Virus record (IMG/VR): IMGVR_UViG_3300028603_000034
Location: 11,147 to 75,146 of that record
Reading direction: 5' to 3' (one strand)
DNA length: 64,000 nucleotides
From: a virus
Taxonomy: Duplodnaviria; Caudoviricetes
Shown: one piece after another, positions 18,557 through 28,352 of the stretch
Layout: each line of letters begins with the position of its first letter
Numbering within the stretch: position 1 is the first letter of the stretch
The notes under the pieces: model-generated
Seen by the model: only the letters and a program-made list of their open reading frames with translations
What the model was told of the DNA's origin: nothing
Databases searched by the model: none
Position numbers and translations under genes: made by a program

Positions 18557-19474
18557 TTATATAATATTAATTTTTAGTTTTGGTGCTTTCGACATAGCAA
18601 TACCCAATACTCTATACTGATCAAGATATTCAATTTTATCTAATTTATCTATTTGTTTAGAACATTCCATATCCCAATATCTAAATTTAATATTTGGTAT
18701 CTTGTTTGTTAAGTATTGCATTCTACGTATTTGATCTGATCTACTTTGAACTCTTGCAAAACCACCCCCCAAAGGATTAGAATAATCTAACAATTGTCCA
18801 ACATTTGTTCTTTTTCGTTGTCTATCAAAAGTATTTTTTCGTTCATAATATAAACTACCAATAGCATCAATTAATATAGTATTATCATTCTGATACCATC
18901 CCGAAACTTCAGCAGTTATTTTTGCTTCATCAAGAGGAAAATTATAATAACCAATTCCACCATCACCCCAACATTTCATTCTAATATAATCTACATATTG
19001 ACCAAAATATATAGGAGCAGCAAAACTTCTTGCTATTACATCTGCTAATCTCTCTTCTCCATCATCTTTATGCCAAGACTTAAAAAACCTATTCGTATTA
19101 GATACATAATCAACGGACAAGATCATTAAATTTGTCTTAACATCTTTCATTTTAAAATCTAATCCAATTAGTTTATCCCAAATGGTATAAAAATTTTCTC
19201 TGTTATAAATCGGAAGTTTTCTTGGGTCATACCATTTTTTCTTCGTAAAAACAAATTTTGCCATCTCGGGCCAATAGTTATCTAATTCATTCATACTAAC
19301 AAGTCCAGTTGCAATAATAGATGAATTAATAGAACCAACAGAATTAGAACATATTAACTTATATTGTTTGTATAATGGACCATCTTCTAATTCTCTTAGT
19401 TTTAATACTTGAACTTGAGAATATCCCTTAACACCACCACCAGATAACACAAGTATATTTGTATGTGTACCCAT
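18557..19474 (-). CDS. Patatin-like phospholipase
   Basis: LVLSGGGVKG oxyanion loop, SNSVG nucleophile elbow, SFAAPIYF, DGG. Confidence 0.85.
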   Translation of the reverse strand: MGTHTNILVLSGGGVKGYSQVQVLKLRELEDGPLYKQYKLICSNSVGSINSSIIATGLVSMNELDNYWPEMAKFVFTKKKWYDPRKLPIYNRENFYTIWDKLIGLDFKMKDVKTNLMILSVDYVSNTNRFFKSWHKDDGEERLADVIARSFAAPIYFGQYVDYIRMKCWGDGGIGYYNFPLDEAKITAEVSGWYQNDNTILIDAIGSLYYERKNTFDRQRKRTNVGQLLDYSNPLGGGFARVQSRSDQIRRMQYLTNKIPNIKFRYWDMECSKQIDKLDKIEYLDQYRVLGIAMSKAPKLKINII

Positions 19475-19711
19475 TTAATCTTCTCCACTTTCTAAATAAG
19501 AAGAACATTCTTCCTTAACATAATATCCACATTCATTATTATGAATGCAATATCTACAACAAGATTTATTCCAAGAATCTCTAAATATTTTTGCCTGTTC
19601 TGTTATCCATTTAAGAATATATTCTTCTCCTGGATCACAACTGGTATTAACACCTTCAATCCATTTATCGATTTCTATTTTCTTGATTTGTGATACTATA
19701 AAATTATCCAC
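19475..19711 (-). CDS. Small hypothetical protein (DUF4032-like helix plus Cys cluster)
   Basis: IEIDKWIEG...DPGEEYILKW; weak resemblance only. Confidence 0.5.
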   Translation of the reverse strand: MDNFIVSQIKKIEIDKWIEGVNTSCDPGEEYILKWITEQAKIFRDSWNKSCCRYCIHNNECGYYVKEECSSYLESGED

Positions 19712-19762
19712 TTTATACTCCTTGATAAAAGGTGGATAAACTTAATTCATTTCATCGAAATA

Positions 19763-19939
19763 TTAATCTATTAAAAATGAATTTTTCTTTTCCATTTCTT
19801 CAAACTCATCAAAGGTATCTTCATCTATTTGGTGTATATTCTTTAACAGAACCCTTTCTTTCTGTCTACTCTTTTTCCTAGTACTATTCTTGTTACTTTT
19901 CACCTTATTAAACGAAACACTTTTGAAACTCTTACCCAA
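19763..19939 (-). CDS. Small basic/acidic protein (not in track)
   Basis: TTG start behind AAGGAG; MGKSFKSVSFNKVKSNKNSTRKKSRQKERVLLK...; TATAAATA at 19974-19981. Confidence 0.5.
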   Translation of the reverse strand: MGKSFKSVSFNKVKSNKNSTRKKSRQKERVLLKNIHQIDEDTFDEFEEMEKKNSFLID

Positions 19940-20065
19940 AATTAAAACTCCTTGTTGATTAATGACTATATGTTATTTATATTATTAATAGTTACAAAAA
20001 CGTATCTACGAAGTTGTCTGAATCGTAACATGTATTAAAAGATTTAAAACATCTTACGAAAGCAT

Positions 20066-21034
20066 CTACATGTGTCTCTTCATTTTTTCCCCTTTCATCA
20101 ATCGTTTTAATTCCTGTAATTCCTTCATTACATCTGAAGCAGAAACATATTCAGTTGATTGTCTTTTAAGATCACTCTCACTACCATACCATTCCTCTAC
20201 ACAATCAAACAATAAATTATGTAATTGTTCTGTCTGGGGATGATTAGGAACAGCAACCGTATTATCCAATACCCATTTCTCCAATCCTCTTAATTTGTTA
20301 AATACGAAATTTTCAAATTCAGAAAAATCTTTGGTCCATTCCCCTCGTCTCATTGCTTTACACTCTTCTTTGTTCTTCATTAAATCTAAATCCCCGGTTT
20401 TTACTAATTGTTCACATAAGTCCAAAAGTCTTAACGGGTGATAATTCATTTTTACATCCATACCATACTTCTCATATAATTCAACTCTATTATTATTCTC
20501 ACAAGTACCTGTTTCTTCCCACCTCTTCTGAGCATTTTTCGACCTATTAACTTGTGCATAACAATAACCTTTCAGTGCGTGAAATGTTCTCATTGATAGA
20601 AATAATTTTCTGTTATCCCTCAGTACCCAAGTAACAGGAGTAGCAAAAGTAACTAAATTTCTTCTAACAAACAAAGTCTCTACCAATGATGGAGAGCCTT
20701 TAACTCCTGCAAGGTAAAAGAAATTAGTTAAAGCATTCCATTCACCCTCGACATCTTTTCCATTAGGAAGAACTAATCTTAATTTTTCACCCTTACATTC
20801 TTTTGATTTAAATGAGGGCAATTGATCGAATCCCAAAACATAACCATAAGCTTGAGGAAATAAATGTTCGTGTTTAGGCATAACCAATCCAACTACGTCA
20901 TAGTCAGAATCTTCGGTATTTGTACCGTATGCCTGAGAACCCATAACAACTTCCATTAACAAATTATCTCTAATCCATTGTTCTTGTTCGTTAAATCTAT
21001 GTTGTTTAAATAAATCTGTATATACCATTATCAA
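20066..21034 (-). CDS. Pol-beta-superfamily nucleotidyltransferase (RlaP/YcgL-like phage family)
   Basis: GSQAYGTNTEDSDYDVVG, PSLVETLF, FHALKGY, KMNYHPLRLL. Confidence 0.8.
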   Translation of the reverse strand: MIMVYTDLFKQHRFNEQEQWIRDNLLMEVVMGSQAYGTNTEDSDYDVVGLVMPKHEHLFPQAYGYVLGFDQLPSFKSKECKGEKLRLVLPNGKDVEGEWNALTNFFYLAGVKGSPSLVETLFVRRNLVTFATPVTWVLRDNRKLFLSMRTFHALKGYCYAQVNRSKNAQKRWEETGTCENNNRVELYEKYGMDVKMNYHPLRLLDLCEQLVKTGDLDLMKNKEECKAMRRGEWTKDFSEFENFVFNKLRGLEKWVLDNTVAVPNHPQTEQLHNLLFDCVEEWYGSESDLKRQSTEYVSASDVMKELQELKRLMKGEKMKRHM

Positions 21035-21164
21035 TATCCTTCAAGGAAAATTTAATCCTAATTTTTTATTAACATTTCTTATCCGTTCATCACCACAAAC
21101 ACAATAAATAAATGTTGATTGTTTTGTTTTTTTCAATTATAGTTACAAAAACTATTTGATCATT

Positions 21165-21193
21165 AATATATATTATGGAAATATGAGAGTCAA
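21165..21193 (-). promoter_or_regulatory. Sigma70-type early promoter (copy 6)
   Basis: TTGACTctcatatttccataataTATATT. Confidence 0.7.
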
Positions 21194-21216
21194 GTCATAT
21201 TTCCATTAAATAAGGA

Positions 21217-22020
21217 TTATTCTTTAATTTCAAATATATTCTGTAATATTAAAGTATTAATTGAATTTTGAAATTCTACTTTTAATTGTGCTTCACCTCT
21301 AACACATATATTAATGTATTCATCTCTAGCATTCTTATATATATCTAATACTTTTTCTTCCATATATGTTCGGTTTATTATAAAATCTACTATTTCAGAG
21401 GCCAAAGGATTAATATATAGTGTGTTGTTATATATCGGTAGATTTGTACTTATGTGTTTATTCAAGTTTTGTAACAATATATCTACTTTCTTTTTTACAA
21501 AAGTATTTAGTTCAATATCACCATACAAATGAAACCCATTTTTTTTAAACGATCTCTCAAATTCTTTTAATATTTTTGTATAAAAAGCATTTTTTAATAC
21601 TTCTTTAAACAATAAAAATTCTTTCAATGGATCACCATATGAATAAATTTCTTTATCTACATCTAGTTTTTTTTCTTGTATCTTCTTATAAGAGTCACAA
21701 ATTTCATCAATTATTTGATCACATATTTGTTCATAATATTCTTTCTGTTTATCTAATACTGCCTCTTTTAATTCGGTAAGAGATTCCCTATAATTTGCGT
21801 GGATATCGAATAAGTAAATTAATATCTTTGAATTTACAGATATAATATCACCCATTAATATTTTTTTACTAACATCTTCTTTTTTATTCTTATTAAACAA
21901 TAACATAATAATATCTAATCTATATATTAATACAGTTCCTATTATTAATATTAATACAATGATTCCAATAATAGGACCAGTAGATGATACTAATTGCATA
22001 ATCTGTTCTAAAAAACTCAT
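21217..22020 (-). CDS. Membrane protein, N-terminal transmembrane helix plus helical domain
   Basis: GPIIGIIVLILIIGTVLIY. Confidence 0.7.
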   Translation of the reverse strand: MSFLEQIMQLVSSTGPIIGIIVLILIIGTVLIYRLDIIMLLFNKNKKEDVSKKILMGDIISVNSKILIYLFDIHANYRESLTELKEAVLDKQKEYYEQICDQIIDEICDSYKKIQEKKLDVDKEIYSYGDPLKEFLLFKEVLKNAFYTKILKEFERSFKKNGFHLYGDIELNTFVKKKVDILLQNLNKHISTNLPIYNNTLYINPLASEIVDFIINRTYMEEKVLDIYKNARDEYINICVRGEAQLKVEFQNSINTLILQNIFEIKE

Positions 22021-22023
22021 TCT

Positions 22024-22719
22024 CTAATACCCCTTTGATAGCCTAATCTGAATAATGTTTCTTAATAGTTCGAATGGTTTATATTTACTCTTTTTTTCCA
22101 CTTCTTTTAATTGGTTGTTATGTTCTAGTGTTAATATTTTACATTGAGAAAAAATCTGAAACAATGCAACTTCCAATATTTTATTTTCTTTACATACCTC
22201 TTTATGTATATTTTTATCTTCTTTATTCAATGACAAATAATTATACTTTAAACATTGATTTCCATATTTGTGACACACATAATCTTCTACTGAATTTTTC
22301 ACCATAGATATAAAGTTATCAAATTCTTTATTTTCAATATATAAGTAATATCCTCTTTCTAATTCATTTTTTATAATAGTATGTAATGCTTTATTAAATA
22401 TCTCTTTTAACAACATATTATGTAATTGTAAATACAATGGAATCGTATTACTCAACAATTCACAGTTGTTATTATTATTTATACAATGTGATTTTGTATT
22501 AATAAAACATTCTGAAAATATTCGATAATGTATATGTCTTGCATTTTTTAATATACTAGAAGATATTCTCATTTGTTTGGTACGTAAATCACACTTATAT
22601 TCTTCTACTAATAATAAAAATAAAGTCTTACTCAAATTCCTATTATTATACATCGTTATTAGTGTAATTATGGTAATGACACCTAAAAATAAAAAACTAC
22701 TAAACAATTCCACAATCAT
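22024..22719 (-). CDS. Membrane protein, N-terminal transmembrane helix plus helical domain
   Basis: FLFLGVITIITLITMY; similar layout to the adjacent gene. Confidence 0.65.
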   Translation of the reverse strand: MIVELFSSFLFLGVITIITLITMYNNRNLSKTLFLLLVEEYKCDLRTKQMRISSSILKNARHIHYRIFSECFINTKSHCINNNNNCELLSNTIPLYLQLHNMLLKEIFNKALHTIIKNELERGYYLYIENKEFDNFISMVKNSVEDYVCHKYGNQCLKYNYLSLNKEDKNIHKEVCKENKILEVALFQIFSQCKILTLEHNNQLKEVEKKSKYKPFELLRNIIQIRLSKGY

Positions 22720-22750
22720 TAACTCCTTATTATCAAAATATTGATTATTA

Positions 22751-23065
22751 TTAATAAGTCATATCTAATTCCTTATTCTTCTTTATTGTATCTGTTATTA
22801 TTCTAATCACATCATCCCAAAATTTAATCAAGACTCTTGTGTCTATATGATCCATTTTTTTAGATGGTGTATTAGCATCATTCCTTAATTTATCTAATAT
22901 CCTAAGTATTTTCTCCAAATCTGCATTCGGAGATATAACAAAAGAAAAAATGGAAGATAATTTCTTTTTCAATTCATTATCTTCCATCTTATTCAACTTT
23001 TTTCTTAGAGAAATTATCATCTCTCTTACATTTATTTCTTTTTGTTTCTTTACTGATATGTCCAT
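22751..23065 (-). CDS. Hypothetical protein
   Basis: ORF track; contiguous with neighbours. Confidence 0.65.
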   Translation of the reverse strand: MDISVKKQKEINVREMIISLRKKLNKMEDNELKKKLSSIFSFVISPNADLEKILRILDKLRNDANTPSKKMDHIDTRVLIKFWDDVIRIITDTIKKNKELDMTY

Positions 23066-23066
23066 T

Positions 23067-23498
23067 TTATTTTATATATTTATCAAATATATCCTCTGGT
23101 ATATCATTTACTGCTTTCTTTAAATTTTGAACTAAATACTTTTTAAATTCTTCATCAGAAGAATCAGACATATCTTCTAATGGATATCTTTTATCATATA
23201 CATTATCACCATCATTAATATAAAATGCTATTGGTAAATGCATTCCCTCCCAATAAGGAGTCGATCTAATATAGGTATCATCTTCATCACTATAAATTTC
23301 TACAAATTCTCCAGCCTGGACTTCATCTACAATATCTACATTCCAAGTCTTACCTCTTGCAGAAAAATTAGGAACTTTTCTTAATACCTCAAGACTTCTC
23401 TCATAATGTGAATATGTATTTTCATCATCCTCCTCTTCATAAAGATATCTTTCTGCCTCCGATATTACTTTTCCTTTTTCCATTATCCAATCCTCCAA
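23067..23498 (-). CDS. Acidic hypothetical protein
   Basis: ORF track; GGAGG RBS before the second Met. Confidence 0.65.
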   Translation of the reverse strand: MEDWIMEKGKVISEAERYLYEEEDDENTYSHYERSLEVLRKVPNFSARGKTWNVDIVDEVQAGEFVEIYSDEDDTYIRSTPYWEGMHLPIAFYINDGDNVYDKRYPLEDMSDSSDEEFKKYLVQNLKKAVNDIPEDIFDKYIK

Positions 23499-23574
23499 AT
23501 ATTAAACGTTAAAATGTTCTTTTACTTTAAGATAAAAAATAACAACGTCATCATCCATAAATTTTTCTGATTCA

Positions 23575-24123
23575 TTAATTATATTCATTTTCTAAATCCT
23601 GCCTTCTTAGTTTGAAGTCATAATCGGTATCTTCGATAGTATTAAAAATTTCTTTTAATTCTTCTAAATAAGAATCAATAGCAGAAGTAACATTTAATCC
23701 GTTTTTGATCTTCTCTAAGTATGTTTGAATTTGATTAGCATTAATAGATACCATATTCATCAATTCTTTTTTCTTTTCTTTCCATTCAGATTCTGCTTTT
23801 TCTAATTCTTCGTGGGTATCTTCTACTATATTTTTTTCTTTTGATTCTGTTAATGGAGATAGTTGATAACCACATGCCCAATGTTTTTTTGTTTTGTTAA
23901 AAAAATCTTTCACCTCAATATCAACGGTATATGTATCATCTTCTAATTTAGACCAAGGCAATTCTTGATATGTTTCATCCCAATCTTTACCTTTACCTAT
24001 TCCGGTTACTTTTGCTTTCTGCGGTTCATCCATTCCCCAAGAACCTCTCCACATTACAATATCACCGACTTTTAGTTTATCTCCAACCAAATCTTCTAAT
24101 TCATTAAGAATTGTTCTACTCAT
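23575..24123 (-). CDS. Hypothetical protein (SH3-like N-domain plus coiled coil), possible internal head protein
   Basis: LKVGDIVMWRG; LNE and LTE putative gp21-type cleavage motifs. Confidence 0.6.
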   Translation of the reverse strand: MSRTILNELEDLVGDKLKVGDIVMWRGSWGMDEPQKAKVTGIGKGKDWDETYQELPWSKLEDDTYTVDIEVKDFFNKTKKHWACGYQLSPLTESKEKNIVEDTHEELEKAESEWKEKKKELMNMVSINANQIQTYLEKIKNGLNVTSAIDSYLEELKEIFNTIEDTDYDFKLRRQDLENEYN

Positions 24124-24431
24124 TTAATCAACCCCCTCGAAATTTTTGCCTTGATTTTTCCAGCTTCATTTTTGATTTTTATATTGTAATTAGAACCACC
24201 ATCATAAATAATTTCTTCCTCTCCAATAATACCTTTACCAAATTTCTTATCCAAAACTTTTGATATTTTCTTCAAATCGCCTTTTCCTTCAAAAAAAATA
24301 GTGGTCACACATAAATTATCATTCAATTTCATTCCACCAGATTTCATATACTTAACAACATCTTCAACTAATGTTTTTGGATTTACACCCTCTTTTTTCT
24401 CTTTCTCGGTAATATATTCTTTAAGTCCCAT
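24120..24431 (-). CDS. Putative internal head protein
   Basis: N-terminus MGLKEYITE. Confidence 0.6.
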   Translation of the reverse strand: MGLKEYITEKEKKEGVNPKTLVEDVVKYMKSGGMKLNDNLCVTTIFFEGKGDLKKISKVLDKKFGKGIIGEEEIIYDGGSNYNIKIKNEAGKIKAKISRGLIK

Positions 24432-24473
24432 TTTACATCTCCTATATTAAAAATTCGATGTCATTATATATTT

Positions 24474-24674
24474 ATTAAATTTCTCCTCTACTTAATTTCA
24501 AAGCTTTTAATATTCCATATTCATCTATTAAATCAGTAGCCTTATCTTCTAATTCTTTTCTTCTTCCTGATAAATTTAAAGCCACATCCATTAGATTTAT
24601 TTTGTCATACCAGAATCTCTTTCGTACCATCCTTGATTTTTTAAACGTCCCTTTAATTCATTTAATACACTCAT
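24474..24674 (-). pseudogene. Frameshifted small gene (MSVLNELKGRLKNQGWYERDSGMT-fs-KINLMDVALNLSG...)
   Basis: GGGAGG RBS; adding one A to the A4 run near 24600 restores a frame of about 66 aa. Confidence 0.45.
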
Positions 24675-24704
24675 TTCTTTCCTCCCAATTCTAAAATTTT
24701 ATCT

Positions 24705-25025
24705 TTAATTTTTTTCCTTTTTAATTTTGAACTCTCTATGTTTTAAATCCAATTTATTTTTTGTTCTATCTAATAATTCATCAAAAGACGTCCCATCTAT
24801 ATAATCAACTGTAAATGTAGCTTTTGTTTGTTTTGAATCCGTGAATTGTAATATCTCATTTGGAAACATTTTTTCCATTCCACTTCTATCCCACAAACCC
24901 TGAAAATCAAGACCTAATATATTACCAATTTCTATACCCCAAATAACAAGAGGATGATCATTCTCTTTTATTAATTTTACTTTGGATATATATTCTTCTT
25001 GTAAGTAATATCTTTTAAAATTCAT
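24705..25025 (-). CDS. Putative internal head protein
   Basis: N-terminus MNFKRYYLQEE. Confidence 0.65.
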   Translation of the reverse strand: MNFKRYYLQEEYISKVKLIKENDHPLVIWGIEIGNILGLDFQGLWDRSGMEKMFPNEILQFTDSKQTKATFTVDYIDGTSFDELLDRTKNKLDLKHREFKIKKEKN

Positions 25026-25038
25026 ATATCATCCAATG

Positions 25039-26544
25039 TTAAAAATCATCAAGATACAATGTAGGATTATTGTCTACTACTTCGTATAATTCCATTCCTA
25101 AAATTGATAATAAAGCATTATATCCTCTTTCTGATATTCTTATTATAAAGTCCATCGCTTTTCTATAAAATTCAATAAGAAAATTCTTTATTATATCAAA
25201 CCAATCTTTAGCTTTTTCCACTACTGTTTTTAACATAGATTTACCAATATCAAGTAAATCATCAAACACACCCTCAATAATCATATCCATATTAATATTA
25301 TTTTCTCTCATCGCTCCTCTAAGTGCTGTTGCTACTTTACTACCTGAACTTTTATACGTAACATTATATTTTACTTTAGAAGCATATTTTTCAATTATAG
25401 TTCTATCGATTTTTTTAGTCTTTAAATTTCCTTCGGTATCAAATACTAATATATAGTTAGCAGAACCTATACTTTCAGTACCAAATTTAATATTACCAGT
25501 CATTGCTTCTTTTGTAAATTCATATTTCAATTCTTTATCCTTTTGAAGAATCTCTTGTAATATTTGATCTAATTGTGAGTTTAGTATCATTCCCGATATA
25601 ATTTGAGATATTACAGGATGCTTTGATTGTTCAGATATAAATTCATTCAATCCTCTTACTATTTTATCATTATCTCGTTTATCCTTACGTTTTCTCATTT
25701 CTTTTGATATTTCATCGGGTATTAATTTTTTAACAGAAGTCACATCAATAGGATATTCTCCTGTATTAACATCTGTCCAAATTGTTTTGTCTCTTATTTT
25801 TTCTAATTTTTCTTTTAATTCAGGATCTGTTTTATTCCCAATATTCTTTAAAGCAGCAGCAAAAGTTGCATTTGACTCACCATAAGTTGCTGATAGTAAT
25901 TGACTACCACCTGATTTTTTTATACTTATTTTATAGTCTCCACCAGCAACATCAGTTTTAGGAGTAGTATCAACACCTCCATTTTCTAACCAAAAATCAG
26001 TCAATTCTACCGATGCTCTACCAGTCTGTGAAATTAACCCCTTGATCTCTTTAGAGGTTGCATTTGCATATTTTTTTCCTAATTCAACAAATTGTTCATC
26101 CATAACAAATTTCTCATACAATTTATCATACTTAGAATCTGACAACCCAGATAAATCTCTTAACTGTTCTTCCGTCATATCAGGAGTATTAATTTTATTA
26201 TGCCACAATACTATTAAATTTTCATATTTAGCAGCATCAAATTTTTCCAAACTCTCCTCATCTATTAATACATTTTTAGAAATTCCTTCAAATTTATATA
26301 TACTTCCATCTTCACCTTTAAAATAAGCATCCATAACTGATTTAGCACCACCCCTAACAATAAAATCAACATCTTCGGTAGGTTCTATTCTTATTAATTT
26401 TTTATTTTTTTCTAATAAATCTGTTAATATTTTCTTAGTGTCTTCTGGACTTGCTAATATTTTTTGCACATAAAAAGTTCTACCTACATAATCATCTTTC
26501 CAATAACTTTTTTCTGTTAAGTAATAAAAATCATTAAATCTCAT
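25039..26544 (-). CDS. Putative internal head protein with PD-(D/E)xK nuclease-like motif
   Basis: N-terminus MRFNDFYYLTE; TPKTD(V)...KISIKK..GSQLLS...E. Confidence 0.6.
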   Translation of the reverse strand: MRFNDFYYLTEKSYWKDDYVGRTFYVQKILASPEDTKKILTDLLEKNKKLIRIEPTEDVDFIVRGGAKSVMDAYFKGEDGSIYKFEGISKNVLIDEESLEKFDAAKYENLIVLWHNKINTPDMTEEQLRDLSGLSDSKYDKLYEKFVMDEQFVELGKKYANATSKEIKGLISQTGRASVELTDFWLENGGVDTTPKTDVAGGDYKISIKKSGGSQLLSATYGESNATFAAALKNIGNKTDPELKEKLEKIRDKTIWTDVNTGEYPIDVTSVKKLIPDEISKEMRKRKDKRDNDKIVRGLNEFISEQSKHPVISQIISGMILNSQLDQILQEILQKDKELKYEFTKEAMTGNIKFGTESIGSANYILVFDTEGNLKTKKIDRTIIEKYASKVKYNVTYKSSGSKVATALRGAMRENNINMDMIIEGVFDDLLDIGKSMLKTVVEKAKDWFDIIKNFLIEFYRKAMDFIIRISERGYNALLSILGMELYEVVDNNPTLYLDDF

Positions 26545-27111
26545 TTATACCTCCTGATCATCCTCTATATCTAATTTAACATCTATTCTTTCAACATATG
26601 GAAATAAATCTAATAGAAATATATTATTATCTTCAAATTTAATAAAATCATATTTTTGTCTAGATGTCAATTCATCATCAAATTCTTTCCATTCATCATT
26701 ACCTTCTTCATCAACAACTCTATATTTTACTACTGCATCCAATGGTACAGATTTTAATTTAACTGGTAAATAATCTTCATCAAATACTTCGTGTACTATA
26801 GATGAATCATCAGTTGCTAATACTAACTTATTTTCTTCAAATCGTCCCAATTCATCTCGATCTTTTATTGCCATCCAAAACTCTAACAAATATTGTATAT
26901 CCTCAATAGGGACTATTTTTTCATAATCCTTTTTTGTTACTTTTTTATCTGCACCTGTTCTTTTGTAACGATTAGGATTATACTTCCATTGTTTTTCTGC
27001 TGGTAAACTGCCAACCTTAGCACGGGATAATCTTCCTGTAGGGGTTCTATGAAGGACAATTTTGTCCCTCCAAGAATCCCCATAGTATTCTAAAAATCTC
27101 ATTTTAGACAT
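26545..27111 (-). CDS. Hypothetical/putative internal head protein
   Basis: N-terminus MSKMRFLEYY. Confidence 0.6.
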   Translation of the reverse strand: MSKMRFLEYYGDSWRDKIVLHRTPTGRLSRAKVGSLPAEKQWKYNPNRYKRTGADKKVTKKDYEKIVPIEDIQYLLEFWMAIKDRDELGRFEENKLVLATDDSSIVHEVFDEDYLPVKLKSVPLDAVVKYRVVDEEGNDEWKEFDDELTSRQKYDFIKFEDNNIFLLDLFPYVERIDVKLDIEDDQEV

Positions 27112-27121
27112 TTTATTCCTC

Positions 27122-28279
27122 TTAGTGAATAAGTAATAATGTACCTAATACATCTCTTCTAGCACCAGAATCATCTCCGTGACCTTTCCAAACAAGAACG
27201 TGCCATTTTGGAATTGTTGTTGCAGGCATTCTTACTAATTCATCATAACTGATAATATTTTCTCTTGGTATATTATATTCATCAGATACTCTATCTTTTA
27301 ATTTCTCTAATGACATAGATGTAAATGCTTCTGGACCTTGTTTTCCTCTAATAATAAGGTCTTTAAATAAATCAGCAGATACTACTCTTGCGTGTTTATC
27401 TTTATCTACATCGATTGTTTCATCTTCAGTTCCACCAAAAGAAAAGTTAAAAGTAAAATTATTTGGTTGAACTTCTTGCAGTTTTCTAACTAAAGGAATA
27501 TTCTTAGTATAAGCGTAATGTTCTACTTCAGGTGTCGCTCTAGCAATATCATATGCAAGTTGTAAATATTTCTCTGATAAGAAATCACCACTATCGTGCC
27601 AACGTAATACTAACTGTATTCCTTTTTTCTTTAATCCACCTGATGCCGATTGTAATTCACTAATCATTTGATTTTTGAATCCTTCTTCATCATTCATTAA
27701 ATAATTAACTACCCTAGAAGCACTCAAACTTGAAGCAGGAAACATTACATATCCACCCTTAGCAGCATAACAAAATTTAGAACATTCTCCAGCATACGGA
27801 CAAGTTCTTACTACTTTAAATGATCCTGTTTTTTCATCAACATACAATCCTTGATATGCTGGTAAAGTCATATCATAGAATCTTTGATTTGTCATCTTTC
27901 CTGATGTTTTTAGTTTAGTATTAGCATCTATTAACTTATCAGGTCTTTTAGTAATTAATGCTCTAAGTTTATCATTGTCGATTAAATTACCTTTTTCGTC
28001 AACAATATTAGATTTGTGTAACATTCGTTCTGGTCTTTTTGCTAATTCTGCATCTCTAGTAGGAGCACCTAATCTACGTGTTTTTAATTCATCTACATCA
28101 ATATCTCGTATATCGGCATCATCGATATCTTCCTCTAATTCTTCTGGATCTTTAACTTCAACATCTATCAATTTTCCATCTTCTTCCTCGGATGCAACAA
28201 AATCTTCAATTGATTCTATATCATCAGCTTCAAATCCTGAAGGCAATCCTTCACAAAAATAGTATTTGCTAAATTTCAT
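27122..28279 (-). CDS. GP88-like (radical-SAM-related Cys motif) protein with capsid-targeting-like N-terminus
   Basis: MKFSKYYFCE; TCPYAGECSKFCYAAKG, LRWHDSGDF, HYAYTK. Confidence 0.7.
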   Translation of the reverse strand: MKFSKYYFCEGLPSGFEADDIESIEDFVASEEEDGKLIDVEVKDPEELEEDIDDADIRDIDVDELKTRRLGAPTRDAELAKRPERMLHKSNIVDEKGNLIDNDKLRALITKRPDKLIDANTKLKTSGKMTNQRFYDMTLPAYQGLYVDEKTGSFKVVRTCPYAGECSKFCYAAKGGYVMFPASSLSASRVVNYLMNDEEGFKNQMISELQSASGGLKKKGIQLVLRWHDSGDFLSEKYLQLAYDIARATPEVEHYAYTKNIPLVRKLQEVQPNNFTFNFSFGGTEDETIDVDKDKHARVVSADLFKDLIIRGKQGPEAFTSMSLEKLKDRVSDEYNIPRENIISYDELVRMPATTIPKWHVLVWKGHGDDSGARRDVLGTLLLIH

Positions 28280-28329
28280 TTTAACTCTCCTTAATAATAT
28301 TACAAATTAGTTATTTTATTAATATGAAG

Positions 28330-28337
28330 TATTTATA
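28330..28337 (-). promoter_or_regulatory. T4-type late promoter
   Basis: TATAAATA about 50 nt upstream of 28279. Confidence 0.6.
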
Positions 28338-28352
28338 TATTTCCAATGTATA

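Noticed and set aside
19989-21151. Repeated TTTTTGTAACTA motif near 19989-20000 and 21140-21151
   Set aside because: Two AT-rich copies only, with no consistent spacing to starts; could be chance.
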